IMG/VR virus record: IMGVR_UViG_3300032116_000017
Direction: 5' to 3' (one strand)
From: an uncultured virus (IMG/VR IMGVR_UViG_3300032116_000017)
Lineage: Duplodnaviria > Heunggongvirae > Uroviricota > Caudoviricetes
DNA: 51,108 nt
The position numbers and the translations under genes are program-made. The first letter of the stretch is position 1; the number at the start of each line of letters is the position of its first letter. Positions 19,380 through 28,617 of this stretch are shown here, piece by piece. The notes under the pieces were generated by a model that did no database searches, had not been told where the DNA came from, and saw only the letters and a program-made list of their open reading frames with translations.

Positions 19380-19709
19380 ATGATTTCAGAACTGAGCGAT
19401 GAGGAAATATTAGACTTTTTAATGACTTCGGACTTTGAAGGAGATTACAAACCCGAAGAATTAAAATATTTACTTTATAAATGGAGAAATTTTTTTCGAC
19501 AGCAACATGGTAAATATGAGCATTTAAAAAATGATATTAAATTAGTTGAGAAAACACTTGAAGAGGAATCTATTTTTTATTTGAAAGAAAAAAATAAACT
19601 TCTTTCTCAATTAGCCTCGAAAGATGATGAGATTAATCAACTAAAAAACAGAAAGCTTAGTTTAAAAGAAAGATTAAAAGGAAAAATTATTAACAAAGAT
19701 GAAAATTGA
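19380..19709 (+). CDS. coiled-coil hypothetical protein
   Basis: 109 aa, heptad-like charged sequence. Confidence 0.7.
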   Translation: MISELSDEEILDFLMTSDFEGDYKPEELKYLLYKWRNFFRQQHGKYEHLKNDIKLVEKTLEEESIFYLKEKNKLLSQLASKDDEINQLKNRKLSLKERLKGKIINKDEN

Positions 19710-20820
19710 TGAGTACAAAAAATTAGAAAAAAGAATTAACAATCAAAACTTCAATGAAGGATATAAAACTATTAATTTAGTTTTAGTTACTCTTTCTTGG
19801 TTTGGTCACTTTGCCTCTATTTTCTTAGCATATTTTATGTTAAGTAAAATTCTATCAGGAGCAATGACCGATAATCAAGTTGCTGTATTTATTTCCTCTA
19901 TTGTTATATTAAGCGGAATTGAATTGTTAAAAAGAGATATTTTTGATAAATTCTCTATACAGTTTTTGAAGCTTAAGTCTATTCAAAAAGTTCTACCCTT
20001 ATTTTTACTAAGTATATTGATTATTGGAATATCTTTCTATTCATCAATTAGTGGTGCTAAAGAATTTGCTTCTAAAGAAAAAGAGTTTGAAACAAATAAA
20101 GAGTTAATAGTAACTCAATACACTGACTCTATAAACAAAATAACTGATAGTGTTTTCGTCGCCAAAGATTTTGAAATTAAAAATTTAAAAGATAAATTAG
20201 ATATTAAAGATAAGGAGCAGACTGATATTGAGGCAATGCAACCACTTACGAGACAACAAAGACAAAGAGTGGCTGATTTAAAAACCGAAAGATCTACACT
20301 AAGAACAGACATTGAAAAGATAGAATCTTACAAAACGAGTTATAAAGAGGAAAATGATAAGAAGATAAAACAAAAAGAAAATGAACTTTCATCAAAAACA
20401 GATGAAAAGAAAAAAGACAACTCTAAGAATACGGTCATGTTTGTAATAGTATCGACGCTAATAGAATTAACTATCTTAGCTGGTGTTTATTTTAACGAAT
20501 ATTATAAATTTAGAAGTTATAGAGAGTTCAGAGACAAGCTTGAAAAAGATCCTAACTTTCAAAAGTATTTATTATATGAACAAATTTTACAGGTTATTTA
20601 TCCAGAAGACGCTAAAATGAATCAAAAGATTCCTTCTAATAAAGCAATTACTGATATGTGTAAAGTTAACGACTTAATAGTTCTAAATAAAGATATTGTA
20701 GATTTTCTTAAAGTAGTTTCTAATTTAGGAATAATTAAAATGAGCGGTAGTCTTAAATACATCAATAAACAAAGAGACTTGTCATTTGAAATTCTAAGAA
20801 GACATTTCGGAGTTGAGTAA
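19699..20820 (+). CDS. membrane protein, 3 TM + coiled coil + TM
   Basis: Hydrophobic segments flanking a long charged region. Confidence 0.75.
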   Translation: MKIDEYKKLEKRINNQNFNEGYKTINLVLVTLSWFGHFASIFLAYFMLSKILSGAMTDNQVAVFISSIVILSGIELLKRDIFDKFSIQFLKLKSIQKVLPLFLLSILIIGISFYSSISGAKEFASKEKEFETNKELIVTQYTDSINKITDSVFVAKDFEIKNLKDKLDIKDKEQTDIEAMQPLTRQQRQRVADLKTERSTLRTDIEKIESYKTSYKEENDKKIKQKENELSSKTDEKKKDNSKNTVMFVIVSTLIELTILAGVYFNEYYKFRSYREFRDKLEKDPNFQKYLLYEQILQVIYPEDAKMNQKIPSNKAITDMCKVNDLIVLNKDIVDFLKVVSNLGIIKMSGSLKYINKQRDLSFEILRRHFGVE

Positions 20821-21071
20821 TGAAAGTGGGTGAAATATACGTCTTTATTGGAGAATCTGTAAAAGATGAACACTTTAAAAACTTTACTTATGGTAATAAT
20901 TATAAAATAAGTTCAATTTCAACTTTAGCTGATACGGATATTTATGGAGACTCGGTAGCTGTTCTATTTGAAAATTTTAGATATGGTTGTTTAGATTATC
21001 ATTTTAATACGTATTTTATAACTTTAGAGGATTTTAGAAATACAAAGATTAAAAAAATTATTTATGATTGA
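20820..21071 (+). CDS. small beta-rich protein with C-terminal tag
   Basis: FTYGNNYKI; FITLEDFRNTKIKKII, similar to the 2931 ORF end. Confidence 0.7.
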   Translation: MKVGEIYVFIGESVKDEHFKNFTYGNNYKISSISTLADTDIYGDSVAVLFENFRYGCLDYHFNTYFITLEDFRNTKIKKIIYD

Positions 21072-21903
21072 GACACCCTTTAACTTTACAGGATCAAAGT
21101 ATAAACTATTGAATCAATTATTACCAGAATTTGACTACACTAAAGAAACATTTGTAGATGTTTTTTGTGGAGGCGGCTCAGTATATACTAATGTTGTTGA
21201 TAAATACACTCAAATCGAAGTTAATGACGTAATATCAGATTTAATAGGAATACACATTGGATTAATTTTAGGAGATGATATAATTGAAAAGACAAAACTA
21301 CTATGCCCTGATAAAACTAATGAATTAGATTACAGTAGATTGAGAGATGAATACAATGCAATTCCTTCATCTGAAAAACTTTGGGCACTTATGTTATCTT
21401 GTACATCGAATATGATGAGGTTTAATCAGAAATTTAAATTCAATCAGACATTTGGTAAAAGAAGTTGGAATTCAAATACCGAAAAGAAAGTAGAAGAATT
21501 TAAAAATCACATCAGAAGTTATTCAGATAAGATTACCTTCACATCCAAGTCATTTTATGATTTAGAAATCAAAACAAACACGATGTACTATTTAGATCCA
21601 CCATATGGTCGTGTTAAAAATATTGATGGATCAATCGGTAAAAAACAAATATCAGAAGCTGGATACAATGCTTTTTGGAAAGAAGATGATGATAAAAAAC
21701 TATATGAATTTATCCATAAGATAAATGAAGTAGGATCATCATTTATGGTATCTGGTGTATTAAATCACAATGGATTAACGTGTTGGATGCTAGATAAACT
21801 AATAAATGATGGATTTAATAAAAAGCTCTTAAACTTTGACTACAACAAGGTTTCAAGAGTTGGTGATAAGGATACTATCGAAATAATCATTAAAAACTAC
21901 TAA
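21064..21903 (+). CDS. DNA adenine methyltransferase (Dam/D12-like), orphan
   Basis: FNFTGSK, DVFCGGGSV (motif I), YLDPPY (motif IV); specificity unknown. Confidence 0.9.
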   Translation: MIETPFNFTGSKYKLLNQLLPEFDYTKETFVDVFCGGGSVYTNVVDKYTQIEVNDVISDLIGIHIGLILGDDIIEKTKLLCPDKTNELDYSRLRDEYNAIPSSEKLWALMLSCTSNMMRFNQKFKFNQTFGKRSWNSNTEKKVEEFKNHIRSYSDKITFTSKSFYDLEIKTNTMYYLDPPYGRVKNIDGSIGKKQISEAGYNAFWKEDDDKKLYEFIHKINEVGSSFMVSGVLNHNGLTCWMLDKLINDGFNKKLLNFDYNKVSRVGDKDTIEIIIKNY

Positions 21904-21949
21904 AAAGAAAAAAAATTTAATATATACTAACAAAAAATATTAAAAATAT

Positions 21950-22165
21950 ATGGATTATCTAGACAAATACGACTCTTTAGTGAAGTTAATTACTGAAGAG
22001 ATCGAAATCGATGGTAAAAAATTGAGTCTTAAAGACGACTTCGAAAAATTCTTTATACGCGGAAATAAAACCGCTGGAACACGCATTAGAAAAATGATGC
22101 AAGAGATTAAAAAACTTTCTCAAGAAATTAGATCTGATGTTCAAGACTACAAAGGAAAGATTTAA
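21950..22165 (+). CDS. histone H1-like Hc1-family protein
   Basis: KFFIRGNKTAGTRIRKMMQEIKKLSQEIR. Confidence 0.8.
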   Translation: MDYLDKYDSLVKLITEEIEIDGKKLSLKDDFEKFFIRGNKTAGTRIRKMMQEIKKLSQEIRSDVQDYKGKI

Positions 22166-22170
22166 TTCAT

Positions 22171-22200
22171 AAAAACCGAACTTAACAGTTCGGTTTTTTT
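22171..22200. terminator. bidirectional intrinsic terminator
   Basis: AAAAACCGAAC-TTAACA-GTTCGGTTTTTTT between convergent genes. Confidence 0.85.
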
Positions 22201-22651
22201 ATTTAATAATCTCTTCAACCAAAACTTTAATTCTTCCTGAACGAGGATTACCGATTGAGTCAAAAGCGCATTTACTTAAATCAATATGATTTTTAGATTT
22301 ATTACCCATTCTGTCAGTGACTTTAACGATTATACTGGATGAGTCATAAACATTACTCACTTTTAAATAAGACCCCATTTTTGAAAAATTGTACGCAGCG
22401 GTCAAAGAATCTTTATGAAATTTAGCACCTGATGCTGTTTTAGCACCATGTGGATTATACCAGGTTGCTGTATGTAATCCACCTTTTCTTTTGTAAATAA
22501 TAGAATCATCAAAACTATTTTCGTAATTAATTGTAGTTTCTCTATCATTTTTAGTTTCAAACTCATTACCAATGAATTTAGAAACACCAGATACATTAAA
22601 ATAGTTATGAAATGTAAATGTGAGTATTGTTAAAAAATATTTTCTCATCAT
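22199..22651 (-). CDS. RlpA-like double-psi beta-barrel lytic transglycosylase
   Basis: ATWY, TASG, LTAA, VKVTDRM, IDLSK.AF. Confidence 0.85.
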   Translation of the reverse strand: MMRKYFLTILTFTFHNYFNVSGVSKFIGNEFETKNDRETTINYENSFDDSIIYKRKGGLHTATWYNPHGAKTASGAKFHKDSLTAAYNFSKMGSYLKVSNVYDSSSIIVKVTDRMGNKSKNHIDLSKCAFDSIGNPRSGRIKVLVEEIIK

Positions 22652-22719
22652 TTATATATGAAAAAAGTAAAAGTAGGTTTGAAATTTAATATATACTATG
22701 TTAAAATTTATAGGTAAAT

Positions 22720-23274
22720 ATGAAAAAATTTAGTAATATAACTGGACAGAAAGTCAATGAAGAACCTAAAGTTCAAATTAAACAATTGAACGAGGAAGAC
22801 TTGTTTAAATCAAAGTTGATAAAGCTTATGGATCAAGTTCTTACTATTAGAACATATGGACCTGTTGATAGACACCAAAGAGCCGGCTTGATTCAAATTG
22901 GCGGAAAAGAAATGTTAGTGGAAGCTATTTTAGATTTGCTTTCTGAAAAAAGTATTAAAGAACAAACTAGTATTCTTGAGGGTTTAAAATCAGAAGTAAG
23001 AGATTGGGAAGCAATTGATGCTAAAATTGAATCACTTAATAAAGAAAAGACTTTAATTTCTAATAGAAATAAATTTAGAAAGTTAATTGAAAATTATACT
23101 GAGTCAGATCTTTTGGTTAAGGTGGTGGAAACCGAAAGTAATAAAATAAACAAAGAAAAAACTCTTAGAGATTATATTAAACTTACTTTAGAGTCTAAAC
23201 TTGATTTAGATACTAAAAATCAAATAGTGAAAATTTATTCAGATAGATTAAACCAAATTTCTTTATCAGAATAG
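22720..23274 (+). CDS. hypothetical protein (MKKF...NEE start)
   Basis: AATATATA at 22688-22695. Confidence 0.7.
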   Translation: MKKFSNITGQKVNEEPKVQIKQLNEEDLFKSKLIKLMDQVLTIRTYGPVDRHQRAGLIQIGGKEMLVEAILDLLSEKSIKEQTSILEGLKSEVRDWEAIDAKIESLNKEKTLISNRNKFRKLIENYTESDLLVKVVETESNKINKEKTLRDYIKLTLESKLDLDTKNQIVKIYSDRLNQISLSE

Positions 23275-23281
23275 AACTAAT

Positions 23282-23740
23282 ATGATAAACTTTGAAGAAC
23301 TTAATATTTTTTTTGATGAGATAATCGAATCAGATAATCAAATATTTCAACTCGACTACAAAGAAACGTTTAAAGAAAACGGAGAAGTCAAGACCAATAT
23401 AGTTATTGATAGAATAAATCTTCAGCCAATAGAAAATATCTATAATTTATTTGAAACTGGCGAAATTGAAAAAATAAATTATTACCCTAAAACTTTTTTT
23501 AAGAAATTATTTAATATTAAAAGATTTAAATATTTCAGCATTGACGGTAGTGAATCAGATTTTATTCTATGTTCAGAAAAAACATCAAAAATTATTAAAA
23601 CTAATTGTAGAGTCTATAATTACCCAATTGAGAACAAAATTATCTTTGGTAAAAGAGGAAGACTAATTTATTACAAAAACCGTGATAAGTTTTTTGCAAA
23701 AGTCGATTCTAAAAATTTTAAAATATACCTAATTGATTGA
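23282..23740 (+). CDS. hypothetical protein
   Basis: 152-aa ORF. Confidence 0.6.
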   Translation: MINFEELNIFFDEIIESDNQIFQLDYKETFKENGEVKTNIVIDRINLQPIENIYNLFETGEIEKINYYPKTFFKKLFNIKRFKYFSIDGSESDFILCSEKTSKIIKTNCRVYNYPIENKIIFGKRGRLIYYKNRDKFFAKVDSKNFKIYLID

Positions 23741-24671
23741 GTATCAAATCTCTTTCAATCGATTTATCTTCAAACTCTTTGTAATCGTACCAGTTTCTTG
23801 ATGCAGAATCATCAACTATCAGTACTCTTAAAAAACCAGAGGAAATCGAGGAACTTTCAACAGCATAATCTTTACCTTTGGTGAGTCTGTCTGTACCGTA
23901 ATTAGTTTTTAAATCAACCTTACTTCTTATTTTAACACCAACAGATATGGTCATTAAACTCTTGATTTTATTTTGCAAAGTATCAATAATAAAATCAGAG
24001 TTTAATTTTCTAAAATCAATATTACTACTTTCAATATATCCCACTAGTGAGTTCAATAAATTTCGAGTTACTTCAATTTCTACTTTTGGAACTAAATCTA
24101 ATGATAGACAAACTTCAGAGTAATATTTAATTCTACTTAAATACTTATCTTGTTGAGTAAATTTTTTATAAATATCGTATTCTGATTTCTCACAGGTATC
24201 AATATCATTTGAAATTATCCAATTTAAAATTGGCACAAATACAATATCAAATCCTTCAATTACCTCATTAGACCTTCTTCCCCAAATCTTTCTACCTCTG
24301 TAGGTGTATCCAGGTTTAGATACCCAGCGTCCATTTAATAATCTATCAAATTTTTGTGAATCTTCTTCTATTAACTTTTTAAAAGAATTAGATGTTTTAT
24401 TTTTCAACCAATTTTTGAACCTTTCGTTCTTAGTTTTCTCAATAAGAATTTGCTTTAATTCTTTAAAGTTAATGGCTTGAATTGTTGAAAAATCATTGTC
24501 AGATAAATTCTTTTGAAAGTTGTAAAACTCTGCAAATTTATCAAGTCCAATATTTCTCATGACTTGAAAACTAACAAGTCCATTTTCATAATCAGAAATA
24601 GTAGGTAGTGAATCTTTAGCTTCTTGATAAATTCTAAGATTCTCTTTAATAAATTCGTAAGTAAATTTCAT
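23718..24671 (-). CDS. hypothetical protein ending in SH3-like module plus C-terminal tag
   Basis: LTKGKDYAV...ERDLILNQLGIF. Confidence 0.7.
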   Translation of the reverse strand: MKFTYEFIKENLRIYQEAKDSLPTISDYENGLVSFQVMRNIGLDKFAEFYNFQKNLSDNDFSTIQAINFKELKQILIEKTKNERFKNWLKNKTSNSFKKLIEEDSQKFDRLLNGRWVSKPGYTYRGRKIWGRRSNEVIEGFDIVFVPILNWIISNDIDTCEKSEYDIYKKFTQQDKYLSRIKYYSEVCLSLDLVPKVEIEVTRNLLNSLVGYIESSNIDFRKLNSDFIIDTLQNKIKSLMTISVGVKIRSKVDLKTNYGTDRLTKGKDYAVESSSISSGFLRVLIVDDSASRNWYDYKEFEDKSIERDLILNQLGIF

Positions 24672-24947
24672 TTAGATTTGATTTGAAAGTTCATAATAAA
24701 TTGGACTTCTTTTGATAATTTCTCTTATATTATCAATTCCGATATCCTGTAAAATGAATTTAAAAACCTCGGTATCAATTTCTTTAGTCACTATTTCGCC
24801 TTTGGTTAATGAAGTAATATCGTGTTTATAAAACTGGATATCACATCTACCAATAGTTGGACTTTGATGTTTTAAAAATCCAATCTTACATAGTTGCGTA
24901 AAAGTATCTTCGGTTAAAATGATACGTATTTCTTTAATTTGTTCCAT
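24672..24947 (-). CDS. hypothetical protein
   Basis: 91-aa ORF abutting the next gene. Confidence 0.65.
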   Translation of the reverse strand: MEQIKEIRIILTEDTFTQLCKIGFLKHQSPTIGRCDIQFYKHDITSLTKGEIVTKEIDTEVFKFILQDIGIDNIREIIKRSPIYYELSNQI

Positions 24948-24950
24948 AAT

Positions 24951-25172
24951 CTATTTATTAATATTTAGTTGTTTGTTTTTTAATTTCGAACCAATGCAAA
25001 TGTCTTTATCAGTAATTTCTGATTTAATTGACCAAATATCACTATCAATCATATGACACTTGTGATTAGACTTACCAAGTTTTTCAAACTTATCAACGTA
25101 AGTTCTAAATTTTAGATTATGTACATTATCATTTGTCCACGGACAAGACTTACAGGGTTTACGACAACTCAT
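24951..25172 (-). CDS. small Cys/His-rich protein
   Basis: PCKSCPW...HKCH...CIG; TAnnTTTG upstream at 25210-25217 (-). Confidence 0.65.
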   Translation of the reverse strand: MSCRKPCKSCPWTNDNVHNLKFRTYVDKFEKLGKSNHKCHMIDSDIWSIKSEITDKDICIGSKLKNKQLNINK

Positions 25173-25269
25173 TATTAATTTTTCTTATTTTCACCAACAA
25201 CATATTTTACAAATATACAAAAAATTTATTAAAATAGAATATATACTTAAAATATAATAAAATTAATAA

Positions 25270-25590
25270 GTGGAGAGAATTATACATTTAAAACCGAATG
25301 CTCAGGAAATTGAAACTTGGATAGCAACTATTGACAACGTGGTCGTTGGTCATATTTACATGAAGGTTGAAAAAGATAACAAAGTTAAATTTCTTGATGC
25401 TTGGGTAGATCCAGAGTGGAGAAGAAAAGGAATTTATAGGAAATTGTGGGAAACTAGATGGCAATATGTCAATGATAATTACAAAGACTGGACTGTTTAT
25501 GCTTGGTCAAAAAATGAAAGCTTACCACTTTTGATAGAGAAGGGTTTCGAAATAGGTGATACTGCTACTTATGTAGAGAAAAAAATTTAA
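25270..25590 (+). CDS. GNAT-family acetyltransferase
   Basis: WVDPEWRRKGIYRKL acetyl-CoA motif; KGF. Confidence 0.85.
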   Translation: MERIIHLKPNAQEIETWIATIDNVVVGHIYMKVEKDNKVKFLDAWVDPEWRRKGIYRKLWETRWQYVNDNYKDWTVYAWSKNESLPLLIEKGFEIGDTATYVEKKI

Positions 25591-25687
25591 TTTTTTTCAT
25601 TTTTTACTAAACTTTTTAAAACTTAGTATTTATTGAACTCTATAAGATTTATACGATGAAAATCGTAATAAAAAAAAGTAAAACGGA

Positions 25688-25960
25688 ATGAATAAAGCAG
25701 ATTTAGTAAATTCTATAGCAGAAAAAGCCGGCTTAACTAAAACTAAAAGTAATGAAGTTGTAGATGTAATCGTTTCTACGATTTCTGAAGCACTTAAGAG
25801 TGGTGACAAAGTTACACTAGTTGGTTTTGGTACCTTCACTACTACTCAAAGAGACGCTCGTAAAGGTCGTAATCCTAAAACAGGTGAAACGTTGGATATT
25901 CCAGCAAAGAGAGTAGCGAAGTTCAAAGCAGGAACAGAGCTTACGAAAAGTGTAAATTAA
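25688..25960 (+). CDS. hup: DNA-binding protein HU
   Basis: MNKADLV, VTLVGFGTF, ARKGRNPKTGE, FKAG. Confidence 0.97.
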   Translation: MNKADLVNSIAEKAGLTKTKSNEVVDVIVSTISEALKSGDKVTLVGFGTFTTTQRDARKGRNPKTGETLDIPAKRVAKFKAGTELTKSVN

Positions 25961-25973
25961 TTAATTGATTTAC

Positions 25974-26006
25974 AAAAAAACCCTCTGATATTCAGAGGGT
26001 TTTTTT
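25974..26006. terminator. bidirectional intrinsic terminator
   Basis: AAAAAAACCCTCTGA-TAT-TCAGAGGGTTTTTTT. Confidence 0.88.
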
Positions 26007-26289
26007 ATTTTAATATTTTTTGTATTTTTAATTGTCTTTTGAAATTCCTTATACCTTTATTAATTTCTTTTAGGTTTAATTCATCAGACTCCGTTGTTGT
26101 AAAAGATTCATCACAAGAATCACACTGATAATTTGTAAAATTAACGCAGATTTTTTTATTTATTTTACCAACATAAAAATCATTATATTCAGTAACCAAT
26201 TGAGCAATATCTCCACAAACCGGACAGTCTAATTTATTTTTCACTTTTGGTTTTATTTTTATAACCCCAGGGACAGTTACGACATCCAC
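26005..26289 (-). CDS. zinc-ribbon protein (YgiT/MqsA N-domain-like) with C-terminal tag; start uncertain
   Basis: CPVCG...CDSCDESF; ends KRQLKIQKILK. Confidence 0.65.
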   Translation of the reverse strand: MDVVTVPGVIKIKPKVKNKLDCPVCGDIAQLVTEYNDFYVGKINKKICVNFTNYQCDSCDESFTTTESDELNLKEINKGIRNFKRQLKIQKILK

Positions 26290-26425
26290 TTTGACAACAC
26301 TTAGGTCTTATCATTTTAAGATACTCTTCAGTAAAGACTCTAAGTCGAGTACCATCAACTTCTTCCCAATAGAAATCCAATCCTTCAATTAGTTCATCAA
26401 CTTTAAGTCTTTTCCAATCACACAT
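26234..26425 (-). CDS. small Cys-rich protein (DUF5522-like)
   Basis: VFTEEYL...CCQSGCRNCPWG. Confidence 0.75.
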   Translation of the reverse strand: MCDWKRLKVDELIEGLDFYWEEVDGTRLRVFTEEYLKMIRPKCCQSGCRNCPWGYKNKTKSEK

Positions 26426-26670
26426 TATTTATACATTGATTTTCCCGAACCCTTTACATATTGAACCGAATTTCCCAACTGAGCAAACATCGGTTTTTCA
26501 GTATGAGAACAGATATGTATTTCTCTTGAATTGACTTTCAGTTTAACTATTGGTGTTCTTACATCATTAATAAGAGTCAACTCAAGGCCCTCTAAAGGGA
26601 CATCATCATTAATAGTTACGAGTACACACTCGTCTGTCTCTGCAGTAACCGTCCAATCGTTTGAATTCAT
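26425..26670 (-). CDS. hypothetical protein
   Basis: 81 aa; AATATATA at 26675-26682. Confidence 0.65.
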   Translation of the reverse strand: MNSNDWTVTAETDECVLVTINDDVPLEGLELTLINDVRTPIVKLKVNSREIHICSHTEKPMFAQLGNSVQYVKGSGKSMYK

Positions 26671-26684
26671 ATTGTATATATTAA

Positions 26685-27305
26685 TTATGATTTGATTATT
26701 TCAACTTCTCTGAGTGAGGTATAAATAAAAAGAGCTGAAAAAACTGTTAGAATAATTGCTGAAATTGAAATAGAATAAATAAGCAAAGCGGTTGAGAAAA
26801 CTAATGAAACATAACCAGATATCTTTTTTGCTAAACTTCTTCTATTTCTCATTTTTAAGAAAAGAAAATCCTTTAGAAGTCGCCCACCATCCATAGGATA
26901 AATAGGTAATATATTAAACACAAACATAAATACATTAACTATACACAAATCAAACAAAAATTTACCAAGTAATGGACTCGTATCATTAAATAATAAAAAC
27001 AATGGAAGACTAAATAAGGCAATTAGTAAATTACTTATAGGACCAGCAGCAACTACCGGTATAGAATCTTTCTCAGGTATATTTGTATCAACCGAGGCTG
27101 AACCGGTGAATAAATCAACTCTTATACCATAGACTCTCCAACCTTTTCGGTCAGCGACATAAGCATGTGCTAACTCATGTATTAAAACTGAAACAAAAAT
27201 TGCTATAACCCAACTTACGGGAGCAAAAAGAAAAAGAATAAAAAACCAAAGACTCAGTTCAACAGGAGCTCCGACAAAATCAAAAAGCTTAAAAGATGTT
27301 TTCAT
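26685..27305 (-). CDS. site-2 protease (M50 intramembrane metalloprotease)
   Basis: HELAH, AAGP, FNILPIYPMDGGR, multiple TM. Confidence 0.93.
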   Translation of the reverse strand: MKTSFKLFDFVGAPVELSLWFFILFLFAPVSWVIAIFVSVLIHELAHAYVADRKGWRVYGIRVDLFTGSASVDTNIPEKDSIPVVAAGPISNLLIALFSLPLFLLFNDTSPLLGKFLFDLCIVNVFMFVFNILPIYPMDGGRLLKDFLFLKMRNRRSLAKKISGYVSLVFSTALLIYSISISAIILTVFSALFIYTSLREVEIIKS

Positions 27306-27322
27306 TTATATATATTTAAAGA

Positions 27323-27354
27323 CAAATATAATAAGAAATTAAAACAAAAACAAA
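27323..27354 (-). promoter_or_regulatory. Bacteroidota primary-sigma-type promoter
   Basis: TTTG-N20-TATATTTG upstream of the S2P gene. Confidence 0.7.
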
Positions 27355-27356
27355 TA

Positions 27357-28565
27357 TTAATTAAAGTAATCTTTAAATCTTCTAATATAATTTGTTGCTT
27401 TATCAATCTTTTTCTGATAGGTGGTTCCTTTGGCGTAGTAATCACCGGTAGTGGAATTCAAACTAAATCCTCTATTTGAAATTTCATAATTACAAAGTGT
27501 AGATGATTGAACATCATAGTATTTAAATGTGTCTAAATAAGGAAACTGTCTATAAGCAATCTTTTTAACATTAATACTAAGAATTGGATGACCTACTTTA
27601 CCTTTATAACTTATTTCATTTCCAATTTTTATCATAAAGTTATTCTCTTTAGCCCATTTTTGAAATGAGTTGCTAATCCATTCTTTTGTGAAATAAACTC
27701 TATCCATAAAATATAAATCTTTGACGCTACTCTTTAATAACATATTATCATATGAATCTAATTTAACTTCTTGCCAATCAACATCAAAGTTTGAATAATA
27801 ATCATCTTCTCTAATAGTTCTTTCTTCTGAATAACCTGTCCATCTAGAAATTTCATCTATTTTCCAAACTAAAGCTCTACCAACTAATTGACCTGATGAA
27901 TTTAACATAACCGCTAACTGGCAACTTTCAGGATTCTTTGTATAAATATCAAAAATATTTGGTTTTTCTGATTCCACATCCATCATACAAGAACTTTGTA
28001 GTGTTCCATAGTTTAAGAACTTACGATCACAAGATTCTTTTCTATAGTATTTTGCGATATCATTACCTTTGACTAATTTAATTTCAAACCCAGTTTGTTC
28101 CGACTTTAAACTATTAACGAGTGATTCTAAATCTTTATCTGGAATTTCAGGTATCAACTTTTTTATAACTCTGCCCATTTTTACACGACCCCTATTTGCT
28201 AAGTTTTTAATATAATTTTGCTCATATGCACTTAAATAGTTATTAATCGAAATAGTATCTGTGTTAATCTCATTACTTCCAAAAAAATCCTGAATATCCA
28301 AATCACCTATCATTCTTTGCCCAGATAAAACTTTTATAATATCATCTTCTTTTGAGAAGGAAAAATTTTCACCATCTAGATTTAAGAATGTTGCATCAGT
28401 ATCTATATTTTTACCTTGTGATTTAAGTAATTTAGAAGCCCACTCATTATTCTCTTCATCTCTTATTTCACGAAGTTTTAGAAGTAAGTCATTCATGAAA
28501 TAAACTTTAGATTCGGATATAAAATCTAAACCACCGAAGTCGTTAAATTTTTTGATTCTTTTCAT
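27357..28565 (-). CDS. hypothetical protein, N-terminal motif plus SCM/GRALVW/DRVY/PYLD domain
   Basis: MKRIKKFNDF; motifs visible in translation. Confidence 0.75.
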   Translation of the reverse strand: MKRIKKFNDFGGLDFISESKVYFMNDLLLKLREIRDEENNEWASKLLKSQGKNIDTDATFLNLDGENFSFSKEDDIIKVLSGQRMIGDLDIQDFFGSNEINTDTISINNYLSAYEQNYIKNLANRGRVKMGRVIKKLIPEIPDKDLESLVNSLKSEQTGFEIKLVKGNDIAKYYRKESCDRKFLNYGTLQSSCMMDVESEKPNIFDIYTKNPESCQLAVMLNSSGQLVGRALVWKIDEISRWTGYSEERTIREDDYYSNFDVDWQEVKLDSYDNMLLKSSVKDLYFMDRVYFTKEWISNSFQKWAKENNFMIKIGNEISYKGKVGHPILSINVKKIAYRQFPYLDTFKYYDVQSSTLCNYEISNRGFSLNSTTGDYYAKGTTYQKKIDKATNYIRRFKDYFN

Positions 28566-28570
28566 CTTAA

Positions 28571-28613
28571 TATATATTAAAATAAGATTTTAAGAAAACA
28601 GAATTAATATATA
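28571..28613. promoter_or_regulatory. divergent pair of AATATATA putative late promoters
   Basis: 28571-28578 (-) and 28606-28613 (+), 5 and 4 nt from the ATGs. Confidence 0.65.
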
Positions 28614-28617
28614 GACT

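Noticed and set aside
21064..21903. Restriction-modification system
   Set aside because: No adjacent endonuclease recognised; treated as an orphan methyltransferase
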